DNA of 63,129 nt, counting the filler, from Reclinomonas americana ATCC 50394 (taxonomy: Eukaryota), in the NCBI GenBank assembly GCA_048213135.1. It is 13 parts of 13 records of this genome, joined end to end, with 100 filler letters (N's around TTAATTAATTAA, not from the genome) between each part and the next. Parts side by side here need not be neighbours in the genome. Positions count along the whole stretch, not along the records: positions 26,645 to 35,671 come from AFZH01018423.1; positions 35,772 to 48,224 come from AFZH01018424.1; 11 more parts are not named here. The stretch is one strand, 5' to 3'. Below the pieces are notes generated by a model. The model was not told the origin of the DNA. It ran no database searches and was given only the letters and a program-made list of their open reading frames with translations. The position numbers and the translations under genes were made by a program. Positions 27,190 through 39,900 of this stretch are shown here, piece by piece; position 1 is the stretch's first letter, and every line of letters begins with the position of its first letter.

Positions 27190-30100
27190 GACCCTCGGGC
27201 AACAAGCCACGCACCACTCGCGGCACACAGCGCACCAGAGGTGGCGCCTAGCCTCCATTCTGCACACGCGCATGGAGTCAATCTCCGCGACAAGAGAGAG
27301 ACACTCTTGTGCAAATACCACTCGCTGCATAGAGCCCTCATTCGAGAGAAACACGCATTTCGGGAAGTCCACTGTGTGCACGCACGAGGGAAGAGAGAGG
27401 AGTCAGCAACTCGCTGCTAACTTGATGCTGCGCAGAGAACACTGGCCAGCGTGTTTGATCTGCTGTCGGTTCACGTGTGCTCGGCGCTGACGCACGTGGA
27501 GAGCGATGTGCCGCTAGACGCGTGTGAGACACTGGGTGGCATGGTCCGAGCGCAGCCGCAGTTGTGCGCTCGACACGCACATCAAGTGCTGCCGTGCTTG
27601 GTCGACGCCGTGGCTGCGCTGTGCAAGCGCACCTCACCAAAGCTGACGCAGCGCAAGTTCGACTCGTTCATCGTTGTGTACTCGCTGATGACGGCGACGA
27701 CCACGACGTCGTCCATCACCACTGCGGCCGCCGACCCCGCCTCTGCTGCGTCAGCGAGTCACGCGTCGCGAATGGAGGATGGTGACGACCATTCTCCTGC
27801 TGCTTCTGGTAGCGGTATGTCAACCGAGATGGAACTCGATCGACCCGGATGGCACGTGTATCCGGTGGGTCTGGAGGCCGGTCCCGTGTTTCCTGCGTCT
27901 CGTGCTGGCGTCGCCGGCCTGTTTGCTTTCCGGTCGCTGCAGCCACCGGCCACATCGTCGTCCTCCTCCTCGTCCTCGTCCTCGTCGTCGACCGCAGCGC
28001 ATCCGCCTCACATTGTGCGGGCCGCTGAGCGACTGCTGCCGAGTGTGCTCGACATGTGGATGGAGCTGGTGCCTGCCGAGCCGTCCGAGTCGCCGGCCGT
28101 GTTGCGCAACATGAAAGTGAGTTGACTGGACTCAACGGCGTGTGCTCCTGGTTTTTTTAGTCACTGACCCGTCATTTGAATGCAGATTGTGCTGCGCTTG
28201 CTCAACGCCTGTCTGCAACGACTGGCAGAGTCGCACGCCGGCAGCTTGCCGGCGGCCGTGCAGACCAAGTGCGAACGCATGGTTTTGCGATACAGTCCGC
28301 TGCCTCGCAATCCGCGCTTCGAGCAGGACGAGCCGGAGCTTATCATTGACACGGATGTGGCGCTATTGCGCTGCCTGACGTGGCTCGTGCAACCGAACAG
28401 CGACGCAGACGACGCCACAGTGCGCAAGGTGCTATCGGCGTGCTTTTTTACACTGCGTGAAATGGTATGTTGCTGGAAGAGCTGGTGAGTACAAATAGAT
28501 GCTCACACGATTTGCGCACAGAGGCAGCGCTCTCAGTATCAAGGCGAGGCGGCGGCGGGCATTGCCGAGTCGTATGCACGACTGTTGCGATCGCTGGCGG
28601 TACAACATGCGACGCCCATGTGGCAGGTGCGTCGTGTTTCGCACGGATGCTCGTCAGTGAAGTCGGTAACTAACTGCTGTCCACCGCACGCCTTGCAGCA
28701 TTTCACCGAGTTCTTCTGGAATGTGCCGGCGCAGTCGCCACTGAAGCGCACGCTGGTGGAGATGTTTGCGGAGTTTGCGGATCGCGAGGACGGTCACAGT
28801 CCACCAGCGGACGTGGCACGCCACTGGCTGCTGTCGCTACCGCGATTGTTGTGGGAGATGAAGCAGAATGCCTTGTCGACCTCGGAGGTATGTGTGTCTG
28901 TGCCTGAAAAATTTACCAATACTCACTGATGTGGGCGGTGCAGCGCATTCTGCGAACGCTGTTGCAAATGTCGCGCCGAGGAGACACGGACATTGTCGGC
29001 GCCATGCACGATTCACTGATTCCACTCTTCTACACGGAAGTGATGAGCAAGAACGGAAAAGGTTTGTGTGATTGATGGTCGTCGACTATCCCTCTCTCAT
29101 TTCTAATTATCGAGCAGTGAAGCACGTCTTTGGCCCGTTTGCGACGTACCCTCGCCACTTGCAGCAATTGTTGTTGGACCTGGTGTACCGCTCGCCGTTT
29201 ATCTCGCAGCAGATGGTGGCAGCCATTGCGGAATGCTGCATGCATGGTGCGTTGGGCGTGGTCTTCTGCCCACAATCGCATGCGACTGATTCACTCTCCC
29301 ACACGCACACACGCACACACAGAGAGTGTATCTACGTGGACCTGCACACACGCCATGGAGGTTCTCATTAGTCAAAAGACTCGTGTGGTGGAGCGTCCAG
29401 TGGTGGGTGCGGCTGGCGTTGCAGTTGCGTCGCGTGCTGTCGTCCAGTCCATTCCAACGATTGGCAGTCGCTTACTGCAGCGCAGAGCGACGACGATGGC
29501 GCTGTGCATGTGGAGTACATGTCACCGCACCCGCTACATCTCGCCGATGCGCTGGCGTTTGTGGTTACTTTGTTGCTGCGCTCGCCTGCCAAGAGTGTCG
29601 CCACATTCGAGAGGCAGTGGGAGCTGGCGGCCACGGCGCGGGCGGCACTCCGTGGGCTCTTTACGCCCGAGATTTTGGCCGACCTGCTGGTGCCCTTCGC
29701 GGTGGACTCGATGGTTTGCAATCGTCTGACGCGCGCGCATTGTTGCTTCCATCATTCGCGCACCTCATTTCGTTTCTACAGAACGAAATGGCTTTGGCGC
29801 TCACGTTTGGATACGCCGAGCACGGTGCCGCTCTGCTGTTGGCCCTCATGGCCGACGTGTGCGGAGCCTCGTGTGTGTGGAGTTTGGCACGTGAGCAATC
29901 TCCTGCGTTCATGGTGCGGGCGGGACGCTTGGTGGCGCTGGCGGTGGCGCACATTGCCGAGGAGCAGGACGATGAGTCGGTATGTGCAGTGAGTGTGCAC
30001 TGTGGCCCACCTGCTTGTATCTCACGGCTGAATGGATGCAGGCCATGCTCTGGGATCTGGTTCGTGCATCTCCACAGCTGCTGGAGGAAATCATAGAGGC

Positions 30101-30432
30101 GTTTGTCAGTGGCCAGTGGCGGGAACACTACTCGGCGGTCGGCAACAGTGTGTCGGACGACTTTGTGCGTTTCAGCCTCTCGCTGTGCCGCGCAGGAACA
30201 TTGCGGTCGCTGGTGTTGCAGTTGCTGCCGCGTTTGACACAAGTGTTGAGGATGTTGCAGGTGATTGATTGCTTTCGCTATGGGAGCACACGAGTTCGTG
30301 CTCTCATGTGTTTGACTGCAGGAGTCCGCTTCGGTCTCTCAGCTGGCAACACTGGCCGAGTTGTCGACTGAGTTGCACGTGCTGGAATCGTTGGCCGCCA
30401 GCAGCAGTGGCACTGATCTCGTAGTAGATTGA
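26286..30432 (+). CDS. TEX10: TEX10 / Ipi1 (Rix1 complex, pre-60S maturation), multi-exon, spans one gap
   Basis: N-terminal MVKKRPAKDFEKPKTKIGKK; Ipi1_N-like FDLLSVHVCSALTHVESDVPLDACETL; LLPSVLDMWME; WLLSLPRLL; FGPFATYPRHLQQLLLDLVY. Confidence 0.85.
26466..26543. repeat. (CA)n microsatellite at a contig end (TEX10 intron)
   Basis: Uninterrupted CA run. Confidence 0.95.
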
Positions 30433-30618
30433 GCGCAGTTAGACACACACTAAAAGAAACACACTTCATAATAGATGAATAATAATAGCGTGCTGTACAG
30501 GTAATTTTTTCTCTCCTCCTCCTCCTTCCGCGAAATGCACACACTAGCTAAACAACAAAAGGAACAACAACATCAACATCTAGGGGTTTGTTTGCGTGGG
30601 GTGGTGGAAAAAACAGTG

Positions 30619-33600
30619 TCATCGCGGCGCGGACCGCGGCGGCGGTGGTGGAGACATATCCCCCAAGTGGTACGGTCCGGATTCGGTCTCGTACTCCTCA
30701 CCCTCCTCATCATCGTCGTCATCGTCAGCATAACCGCTGCCGCCGTTGCCGTGATACTGCGAGGAGCCGCCATTGGAGCCTACAAACTGACCGCCGGTGG
30801 CTGCGAAAAACACACAGACACGAGTGGGCACAGTGGACGGGGGAGGAGGAGGAGAAGAAGAAGAAGGAGCAAGGCGGTCCACCAACCTTTCGCTGCCGGA
30901 GACATTCGGGATACGGGTGGACGCCCATTCTGCTGTTGTGGCTGTTGCGCATGTCTGGCGTGCGCGTACTCGCCCACAGAGTATGCGTCGGGGATGTAGT
31001 CGTGAGTGCCCCGCGGTCCGTAGCCATTCGCCGGTGCACCAAACACGATCCGACCGGTGCTAAAGTCCGAGTCACCGCCACCCTGCGCCAAGGCCTCCAA
31101 CTGCGACAAGCTACGCAGATTGGCACCGCCGCTTCCACCAACAGATCGAGAGCCCATCATGTCATCGGTGCCGTCGTCGTCGTCACTCGACGGATAGGTC
31201 GCTTCCCTAAAGTTCGACGACGTACTGCAATGCACGACGGTAAGTCACTGGGCGATGGATGGGTGGGAGTGGGGAAGAAGAGAGGCCAAGGACGCAACTA
31301 GAAGAGTGCAGACGATGGCGGCGGTGCGTGAGACGCATGATGATGATGGTGATGCTCCGTGTGCGACGAGGACGCCAGCGAGAACACGGCAAACTGGCGG
31401 TCCAGCTCCGTACCCTGTCCACCGGATCCGTTGACCGACACCAACATCGAGGTGGCGGTGGTGGTCGTGTCGCTGCTCCAACTCGCATCCTCTGCAGACA
31501 TCAAGATCGCTTCAGCAACCTCACATTGCCACTGCCACTCCGTTCACCATGAAATATAAACACGCACCCTCCGCAAGACGCTGAGCAGCTCTCGAATCCG
31601 CCAGTGCTCGTAGTCGCTGCTCGTGCTGTCGGAGCTCCTCCTCCCGTCGCAACAGAGCGGCGGCAAGTGAAGATCCGTCGACAGCCGGGTCAGGCACCAC
31701 GTCGTACTCATCGTCGCGAGATGACACGTGCATGGGTGGGACCTGGCGCGCACAAACACACACGTGAACAACACGTAATAACCAATCACAAAGAGAGAAG
31801 AAGAATACGAATACATACCAGCGATGGTGAGGCACCAGTGGGAGCCGACGACTGCGCGGAGATGTGATGAGACGGCACGGCACCCTGCTCGTAGCCGCTG
31901 GCAGCCTTCCTTCTCGGGTCGCTGGAGGCGCGCTCCGGAATGCGTGGCAGCTCATCTCGACTGAACATGTGCTCCGCATGCTCACCATCTCGCGGTCGCG
32001 CAGAGTCGGCGGGTGACGTGGGTTGAATGGCCGACGCCGACGGCTCCACAGCATCGTCATCACCCTGCGCGCGCTGCAGTCGATCCAGAGACTGCTGTGC
32101 CTGCCGCCGCATCTGCGCTGCCAACGCCGCAGGCGAGGCGCTGGGATCCGCCGCAGTAGTCGATCGCTCCTGCCGACCCTGCTTGAGGCGATCCAGGCGA
32201 CGCTGCGCCTCCTGCTGCAGGCGAACCTGCGCAGAATCCGCCTGTGTCATGTCCACAAAGTCGGGCGTCGACCGCGCCGACACGCGACTTGCACCACCCG
32301 GGGCAGCATTGTCCGACGACGACATGGCCGACAGCGACAGCGGCGACGTGACAAGAGACTGCGTGGTGGTGATCGACGACGAGTCGACCGACAAGTGACC
32401 GCCGCGCGTCGAGTAGTCGGCCAGCCCATACTGCTGCTCCGATTGTGAGCGCCCGTGCTGGCGCAGCGAATGTGACTTGGCTGTTCGATGCACAGACACG
32501 TCAGCAATGGAGGGGAAAACCCACCTTGCGTTCTTTTTCTCGACGCAACGTGGAGTGGCTGTCTCGTACTCGTCGCCCTCGAACTCATCATCATCCTCAT
32601 CGCCATCTCGGTCGTACGCGTGGCCTCTGATCTCCTCAGTGACCATGTGCACCTCCTCGTCCACCTCGGAGAAGCTGTGGTCGGCAGCCGATTGCAGTGG
32701 CGAGTCTGAGACGCCGTACTGTCGCCGCAGGGCATCGAAGCGCAGATCCGACTGGCCACCGGCACTCATCTGGCGCAAATGCTGCTCAATGCTGCGCTCT
32801 TGGTCGTCGGCGGTGGTTCCCGGCGAAAATGTGAATGACGTGGCTGTGATGCGGGGGGTTGGTGAGCCGGGGGGTGAAGGGGGAAAAGGGGAGAGAAAAG
32901 AGATCTTGCGTACCACCACTGCTCGAGTTCATCGTGGCTGATAGTATGGGCGACGGCTGTGCCGCTGGCTGTGCCGACGGCTGCGGTGCAGTGATGGCGG
33001 CATATCGACGCAGCAGGTCGTCAGTGGACTCGCGCTCCTCCTCGCCGCCTGTGACATTGCTCTTGTTAGGAAAAAGGTTGCACACAGGGAGCGGATGCAG
33101 ACAAACAAACCTCGCGTGTCCATGCGGCATGCCGAGTATATCCGCACCAGGTCAGCAAGGAAGTCGTGTACTTCCACGTCGCCGTCTTTCCTGCTCGCGG
33201 GAGGGGAAGGGAGAAGGGGGAGAAGGGAAAGGGAGAAGGGGAGAATGGAAAGGGAAGGATTAGTCGCGGTACACGCATTATTAGACTCTCTCTTTCCCAC
33301 ACACATGCACGATCTCTTTCTCGCCAACACTCGTAATTAATCCTTGACCCCTTAATCCTGAATTAATCCTTAACCCTTGACCCCTTGACTCTCGTCTCGC
33401 TTACATACGAGAGCGCGATCTCTCTCACACACGCACACACAGACACAAGCTCTCTCTCTCCCTCTTTCTGTCCCCCTTTCTCTATCTCACTCACAAGCAC
33501 CCGCTCTCTATATCTGTCACACTAACCGTCGATCGAGCGCACGCATGGCCTCGTGAGTCAGTCGCGCACTGTTCGGCTGCGACGACAGCAGAGAGCGAAC

Positions 33601-36213
33601 GAGGGGTCCCAGCTTCCGCCGAGGAATGGACAGTTCGTCTGCGGCACCCTTGCGCCTGTACATCACAGTCAGCCGCCAATCATGCGGCAAACACTCATGT
33701 CGACAAATGCGCAACTTGCGAGTGACCAAGTCTGGCGACTTGAGCAACCGCTGGCGCGCCAACAGATAAAACAGCAACTCCACGGCATTGTAGAACTCGA
33801 CCATGAACTTGGCAAACAGATCGACTTCTGGGTTATTGCGACGCAAATTACCGACCGCCAAGTTCAACTCGTCGGTGGACTGTCGAGCGAGTGAGAAGAA
33901 GGCTGTGCGATGATACGCTGGAGACTGTACGAGACGCAACACTCTTGATCAGCGTGGCCAGTCCAAACTTCTTCTCCAGGAAATAATGTACAAAGGCAGG
34001 CATTGTTTGGAACTCTTCCTCGCCGGCAATCTCCACCGAAAAGTGCTGCGCGGATAAGAGCACAATCGAGATGAGAGCTCACGTTGCGCGCTCGGTATGA
34101 ACATCGATGTCACGAACCAGGTAACGGGACTCGTAAATCTCTTGCACCATCCGCTGCGTCCACTTGAGCGAGCGCACCAACACACCGTCGCGGTACTCGC
34201 GCGCCAGCAGGTTTGCACGCATGCGGTTGGCCGATGAAGGGCGGTCAGTGCTGTGCGATAAGGAGGGAAAGGGTGAGAAGGGAGAGAGAGTGAGGTAGGA
34301 GAGAGAGTGTGTGTGTGTGTGTGTGTGACACACCTGCGGCTTCCCGACGACTGGCTGCCCGCCGGCGATGCATCGGTGCTAATCACCGAGACGAGTGCTG
34401 GTCGCTCGACCAACACGCGGGCGCGCACGCTGCCGTCTGGCTGGCGGTCGAAGGTTACCGGGCGGTCTTCGCCGAGCAGGAGGCGCATTACCTGGATGAA
34501 GGGGAAGGGGGTGAGAGGGGGTAGAAGGGGAAGGGGGTGGGGAAGGAAAGGGGGAATGAGAGGAAGGGAAAAAGAGAGGAGGAGAGATGACATGGGGAAC
34601 GAGATGGTCCAGCTGGCACAGAGAGAGGTGCTCGGAAAGCGAGTGCAAGAGAGAGGTCTGTGTGCGGCGTGCGGAGAGGAGAGATCGAGACGGCTTCGAA
34701 TCAGGAGGAGAAAGGGAAGGCGAGAGTGCGGAGAACAATTCGAGAAAAAGAGCATGACGGAGAGATGTCAGAATGCGAGGAAAGAACGAGGCGGACCAAG
34801 TTACGAGGAATACGAGATGCCGAGGCGCAGAGAGGTCCATTCGCTGCTGAGAACAATGTTTAGAGAGAACAAGAGGGCCCGTGTCTGCGAGAGTTGATAC
34901 GGAGAGAGAGGGCGAAGGCGAACGAAACGGTGGCGCAGTGAGAAAGGAAAGCACAGAGACACGTTGGTGCAAGGAACAAACGGAGAGAAGGAGATGGCGC
35001 AGAGTTCACGCAGTGCGCGATGGGGAACGAGACAGCAACGGAAAGAGAACGAGGTGGTCCAAGAAGGTGCAGAGACAACGCAAAGAGCGCAGGGGATGAG
35101 AAGCGCTCTCTGCGATCGAGACAGCGAAGAGAAGAGAACCAGGCGGTCCGAGATGGCGATGGGGAACGAGACATCTTCTCTGAGGACAATGGCGACCGAG
35201 ACAGCAGAGAGAAGTGAATGAGAGGTGGTCCAAGACGGAGCAGAATTCACACAGAGCGATGGGGGTCGAGAAGCGTTCCCTGAGAACGAAGACGATCGAA
35301 AGCGAAGGGACCGCACAGAGAGCGACAAGAGCGCAGTCCATCGAGACAGCAGAGAGGAGAGAACGAGAGGACCCATGCCTACGAGAGCGAGAAAGATATC
35401 GAGACAGGAGAAAAAGCGATCGAGAGCGAAGAAGGTGGTCCAGAGGTCCACGATTGCCAACACAGCAGACGAAGAGAGCAACGCAAAGGGAGTACGAATG
35501 CATGGAACAACACAGCAAGCCGATCGCCATGACGATCGCACACAACGAAACCTCGCACTCTCATTCATCAACGACAACCGATGCCACCACTCTCACACAC
35601 TCATCTCCACAACTCCCTCTCTTCCCACTCTCTTCCTCACTCTCTCTTCCCACACTACACCCACCTTTTCANNNNNNNNNNNNNNNNNNNNNNNNNNNNN
35701 NNNNNNNNNNNNNNNTTAATTAATTAANNNNNNNNNNNNNNNNNNNNNNNNNNNNNNNNNNNNNNNNNNNNCGCGCTCTCTGTCTCCGTCTCTCTCTGTC
35801 TCTCTGTGTGTGCTGTGCGATTGTTCACCTTCGCTCGGCCTCTGATGAGTCTGGGCTGAGGCGACCGCCGAGAAATCCGGGACTGGGCGACAGATTGGAG
35901 GTGGAGCCGCCACCACCGGCGACCGACCCGCCTCCTGCGCCTCCGCCTGCCAGAGGAGGAGGAGGCGAGGCAGGACGCAGGGACCGCGAGGGTGCGAATC
36001 GCGACACGGAGGGCGGTGTCGTGGATCGCTTCGACGTGAACCTAAGAGGGGTGTGAGTGAGGAGAGTGGAGTGAGCGGCCATTTCGCGCGGGCGTGTGTG
36101 TGCGCGTGTGGGCGATGAAACACGCGTGGTTTCGAGTGTGCGCTGTGTGTGTGTGTCTGGGGTGTTGACACGTACCCTGCGATCGAGTACACCTCCGCTG
36201 GCGACTTCGACAT
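30619..36213 (-). CDS. Large multi-exon protein with a conserved helical domain reminiscent of TSNAXIP1-like flagellar proteins and long disordered tails
   Basis: Exons LKWTQRMVQEIYESR, MPAFVHYFLEKKFGLATLI, PEVDLFAKFMVEFYNAVELLFYLLARQ; candidate start MSKSPAEVYSIAG at 36213 across a gap; family assignment tentative. Confidence 0.55.
34500..35560. repeat. Degenerate purine-rich minisatellite mosaic inside a long intron
   Basis: Recurrent motifs GGTGGTCCA, ATGGGGAACGAGA and CGAGACAG; ORFs here are low-complexity. Confidence 0.6.
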
Positions 36214-36997
36214 GGTGGCGCGTGTGATTGGTGTTGATTGGTCCGTTGGATGGTGGGTGTGATATCGAAATAAAACGCCAAGAAACGGGCCCTCTGCCAA
36301 ACAGCCCAGCTGCATGATGATTATCATCCTGAGTGAGCACCAGGAGGTAAGAGATCACGAAAGCTGCGAAAAAAAAGGAGCAATGCTGCCGTTTCCGCAT
36401 GCACATGAGAAACCAAGCGAACGGTCGCGCTGCGGCTCGCGACATGGCCAAGTCCAACCATCTCCAACAGGCCAGTGTTGAGGGCAGGAGGGCGTTCTGA
36501 TATCCATTTGAGCGCCTCGGATCTAAAGCGTCGAATTCAACAAGTCGATGTCGAGAAGAGCGGTCCTCACTGCAAAGCATGGCTGGTCGGTGGTTCTGGC
36601 GCGCTTGCAGCATAGCGTTTTCTGCAGACAAGTACATGGCACATCCAATTCGGAAAAAGGTCAAAAGGCAAACAAGAAGCCGGGTCCGGATCCATAAAGC
36701 AAGCAAAGCATTGGTGGTGAGGTTGAACATGTTGTTGTTGTTGTTGCAAAGAGTGCTTGTCGTGTTGTCGGTGAGGCTCATATCGGTGGTGGCTTGAGCA
36801 GGTGGTAGACGCAGTTGTCATTGTTGTTGCTGTGACACAGAGAGAAACATGAGAGTATTAGTAAGATGCTGTTGGTGCTGTTGTTGCGAGAGAGAGAGAG
36901 CAAGTCGTGTTGTTGGCGAGGCTCCTAACCTGTACATAGCGATACACTCTGTGACCTTTCTCTTTTCTTTTCTCTCTTTTTCTTCTTCTTGTTGAGA

Positions 36998-39900
36998 TTA
37001 TACATCGCCGCCCTCGTACTCCTCGGCGAACGAGTGCACGGTGTGCGTGGAGAATGGCACCGGTCCGGGCCTCCGCATCAGTGGGAGGGCGTTGAGGTTG
37101 ATGTAGCCGCCGCCGTTCTCCATTGCTCGGCGCATGCGTTTCAAGCTGCCAGTGGAGTCAGTCAGTGATTGTTTGGCGTTTCTCTCTTTTTGCAGTTTCC
37201 GCGTACCGTAATTGTTGGATGACGGCGGCGCCGATCAGGGCCAGCACGCCGAGAATGCTGAGCACGAGGAAAATGACGAACCAGCTCGTTGATCCGCCCT
37301 GCAATCCGGGTGAGATTGGTGGAAACAACCTTTGCGCCACGCACACGACTCACCGCATCGCGATCCTGGTAGAAGCGCAAAAAGTGCTGCAAGTCATTCA
37401 TCACCACGGCGTTGCTGAGAATCGAGTTGTGATCGACTCCAGAGTATGCTTGTCGCTGTGCGCGAGGAGCTGGTGGTGTGAGGGCGCGTCCCCTCTTGCT
37501 CCCTCCCTCCCTCCCAGAAAGAAACGCAACGATTTCTGTGCTGGACCAGCGAGAGCACACTTGGAGGCCCTCCAGCGGAACGGTGCCGTCGCCGTCGCCA
37601 ATGACCACGGTTGGTGGTGTGTCGAAATCGGAGGGCTGGCCGCGCAGATTGAGCCAGTGCAGGCTGCGTTCGGTGGCCACGGAGTAGCCGTACAGGCACA
37701 GCGTGCGCACACCTACGTGAAAGTGAAAGTGAGACGCGGTCGCAACTCAATAAAATCGACATCACCACAGCGTACCAGGATCGACAACGTACGAGTGCGA
37801 CTTGGCCTGGCGGATGCCGTTGAATGTGTCCAGCCAGTTCATGGCTTCGGGAGAGCCGTCGCGCATGGCTGCGTATTGGATGAATGCCGGCATGTCATCC
37901 ACGTTCCACAGGCGGGTTGAGTTGCCTTCGCTGTGGAGGGGGAAGGGAGGGGAGGGGAAGGGAGAGGGGGAGGTGAGGGGAAGGGAGAGGGAGATGAGGA
38001 GAAGGAGAGGGGGAAGAATAAAGAGAGAGAGAGGATAAGGGAGGGAAGTCAGGAAGAGAGGACAAGGGAAGAAGGAGACGAGAAAGGGGTTCATGTTGTC
38101 TGTGCTGCGAGTGGCGCACAATAGGAGGAAAGAAAGAGAGAGAACAGTGGAAGAGAAGGGGGAGGTGAGGGGAAGGGAGAGGGGGGAGAAGAAAGAGGGG
38201 GAAGAATAAAGAGAGAGAGAGAGAGAGATGAGAGAGGGAAGTAAGGAAGAGAGGACAAGGGAAGAAGGAGACGAGAAAGGGATTTATGTTGTCTGTGCAC
38301 ACTAGATCAGCAAAGTTGACAGCGGAGGGGGAAAGAGAAAAGACAGTGTGTCACTTCGCTGTTGGTCGAACACTTGAGAAAGGACGAAGAAATGGAGGAA
38401 TGGCAGCAAGCAAAGAGAGAAAGAGAGGGAGAGAAGAGAAAGGGTCAGTGCGCATGTGCGCTTGCTGTGGGTGGTACGCCTGGGGGAGAAAGGAGACGGA
38501 AAAGCGAGGAAGGACAGAGTGCGTGTGCCTGTGCAAATGACCCACCGCGTCTTCACAATCGGTGCTGTCCAAATGGGTGGCTGATCGGCGATCTGATAGG
38601 GTACCAAGAAATTGAAGGACCCCGACGAGCGCTCCATCAGCCGAGCATCCAGATTTCTAATCACCATCCGTGAGCGAGACTTCGCGCACATCGCACCGTG
38701 CCCGTCACAAACCTCAACAAGTTGATGCCCAGCACAGTGAACGAGGAGGCGTCGCCAGAGACGACTCCACGCAACGCCTCACTGGCGCCACCGTACGCAC
38801 CGCACATGGAGATAAAGTATGCAATATTTGCACGCTTCCACTTGGCGTCGACAATCTTGTTGAAAAAGTAGGTGGAGAATACGGCGCCTGTTGGGAGGCG
38901 CATGTGAGGGTGGAAGAGTACGTCGGTGCGCAACGGCAACCAGACTCACCCATCGAGTGCCCGATAATGTGCACCTTGCGGTTGCCGTTCTCGCGACGCG
39001 TCTGCTCAATGAGTGCCTTGAGCTGATCGAACCAACCAATCTTCTCCAAGTAGGCCGGTGACATGCGCCAATCGTACTGCGCACCGCACGTGAGTGGCGA
39101 AGAAAGGAAGATGGGGGGAGGAGAGAGAGGGAGGGAGGGAGGAGCGTACCGGAGCAGCGTGCAGGTCGCGACCGACCGTGTAGCCGAGCAGACCGGTCAG
39201 TGTCTGCACCAGGTCGCGCATGTAGGCCGTGCCGGGGACGCCGTACTGTGAGGTGACAGAGTGCGTGTTGGCGAGGGTCGAGGGGTAGGGAGGGGATGAT
39301 GGAGGCAGGCAGGCATACGTACCCCTTCGATGCGATCCAAGTAGTCGACGGCGTTTACGTTGCCCCAGCCGAATGTTCTGGAGTGAGGGGGTGAGTAGAG
39401 GGAAGGGTGATAATCTCAAGACGGAGAACGGGAGGGGAAAAGAGGGGAAGGACGGACAACAGTGTGAAGGGTACACAGGTGGGTGTTGGCGAGGCAGAGA
39501 AAAGTGCGAAGGAGTGAAAGGACGACAACGGCGTGAAGACACACGAGCGGTGGGCGTTGGGACGTAGGTTTGCAATGCTCTGAATGTGTGAGCGAGGAAG
39601 AGAGAAAGAGGCAAAGGAATGGACGGACGACAACGGTGTGCAGGCACACGGGCGGTGGGTGTTGGGACGTAGGTTTACAATACTCTGGGTGTGTGAGCGA
39701 GAAAGAGAGAAAGAGGTAAAGGAGTGGAAGGACGACAACGGTGTGAAGGCACACGGGCGGTGGGTGTTGGGACGTAGGTTTGCAATACTCTGAATGTGTG
39801 GGCGAGGAAGAGAGAAAGACACAAGGAGTGGAAGGACGACAACGGTAAGAAGACACACGGGCGGTGGGTGTTGGGATGTAGGTTTGCAATACTCTGGGTG

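Noticed and set aside
36313..36500. Possible box C/D snoRNA (ATGATGA ... CTGA)
   Set aside because: Box spacing is too short or too long, and I found no terminal stem, rRNA guide or U3 boxes
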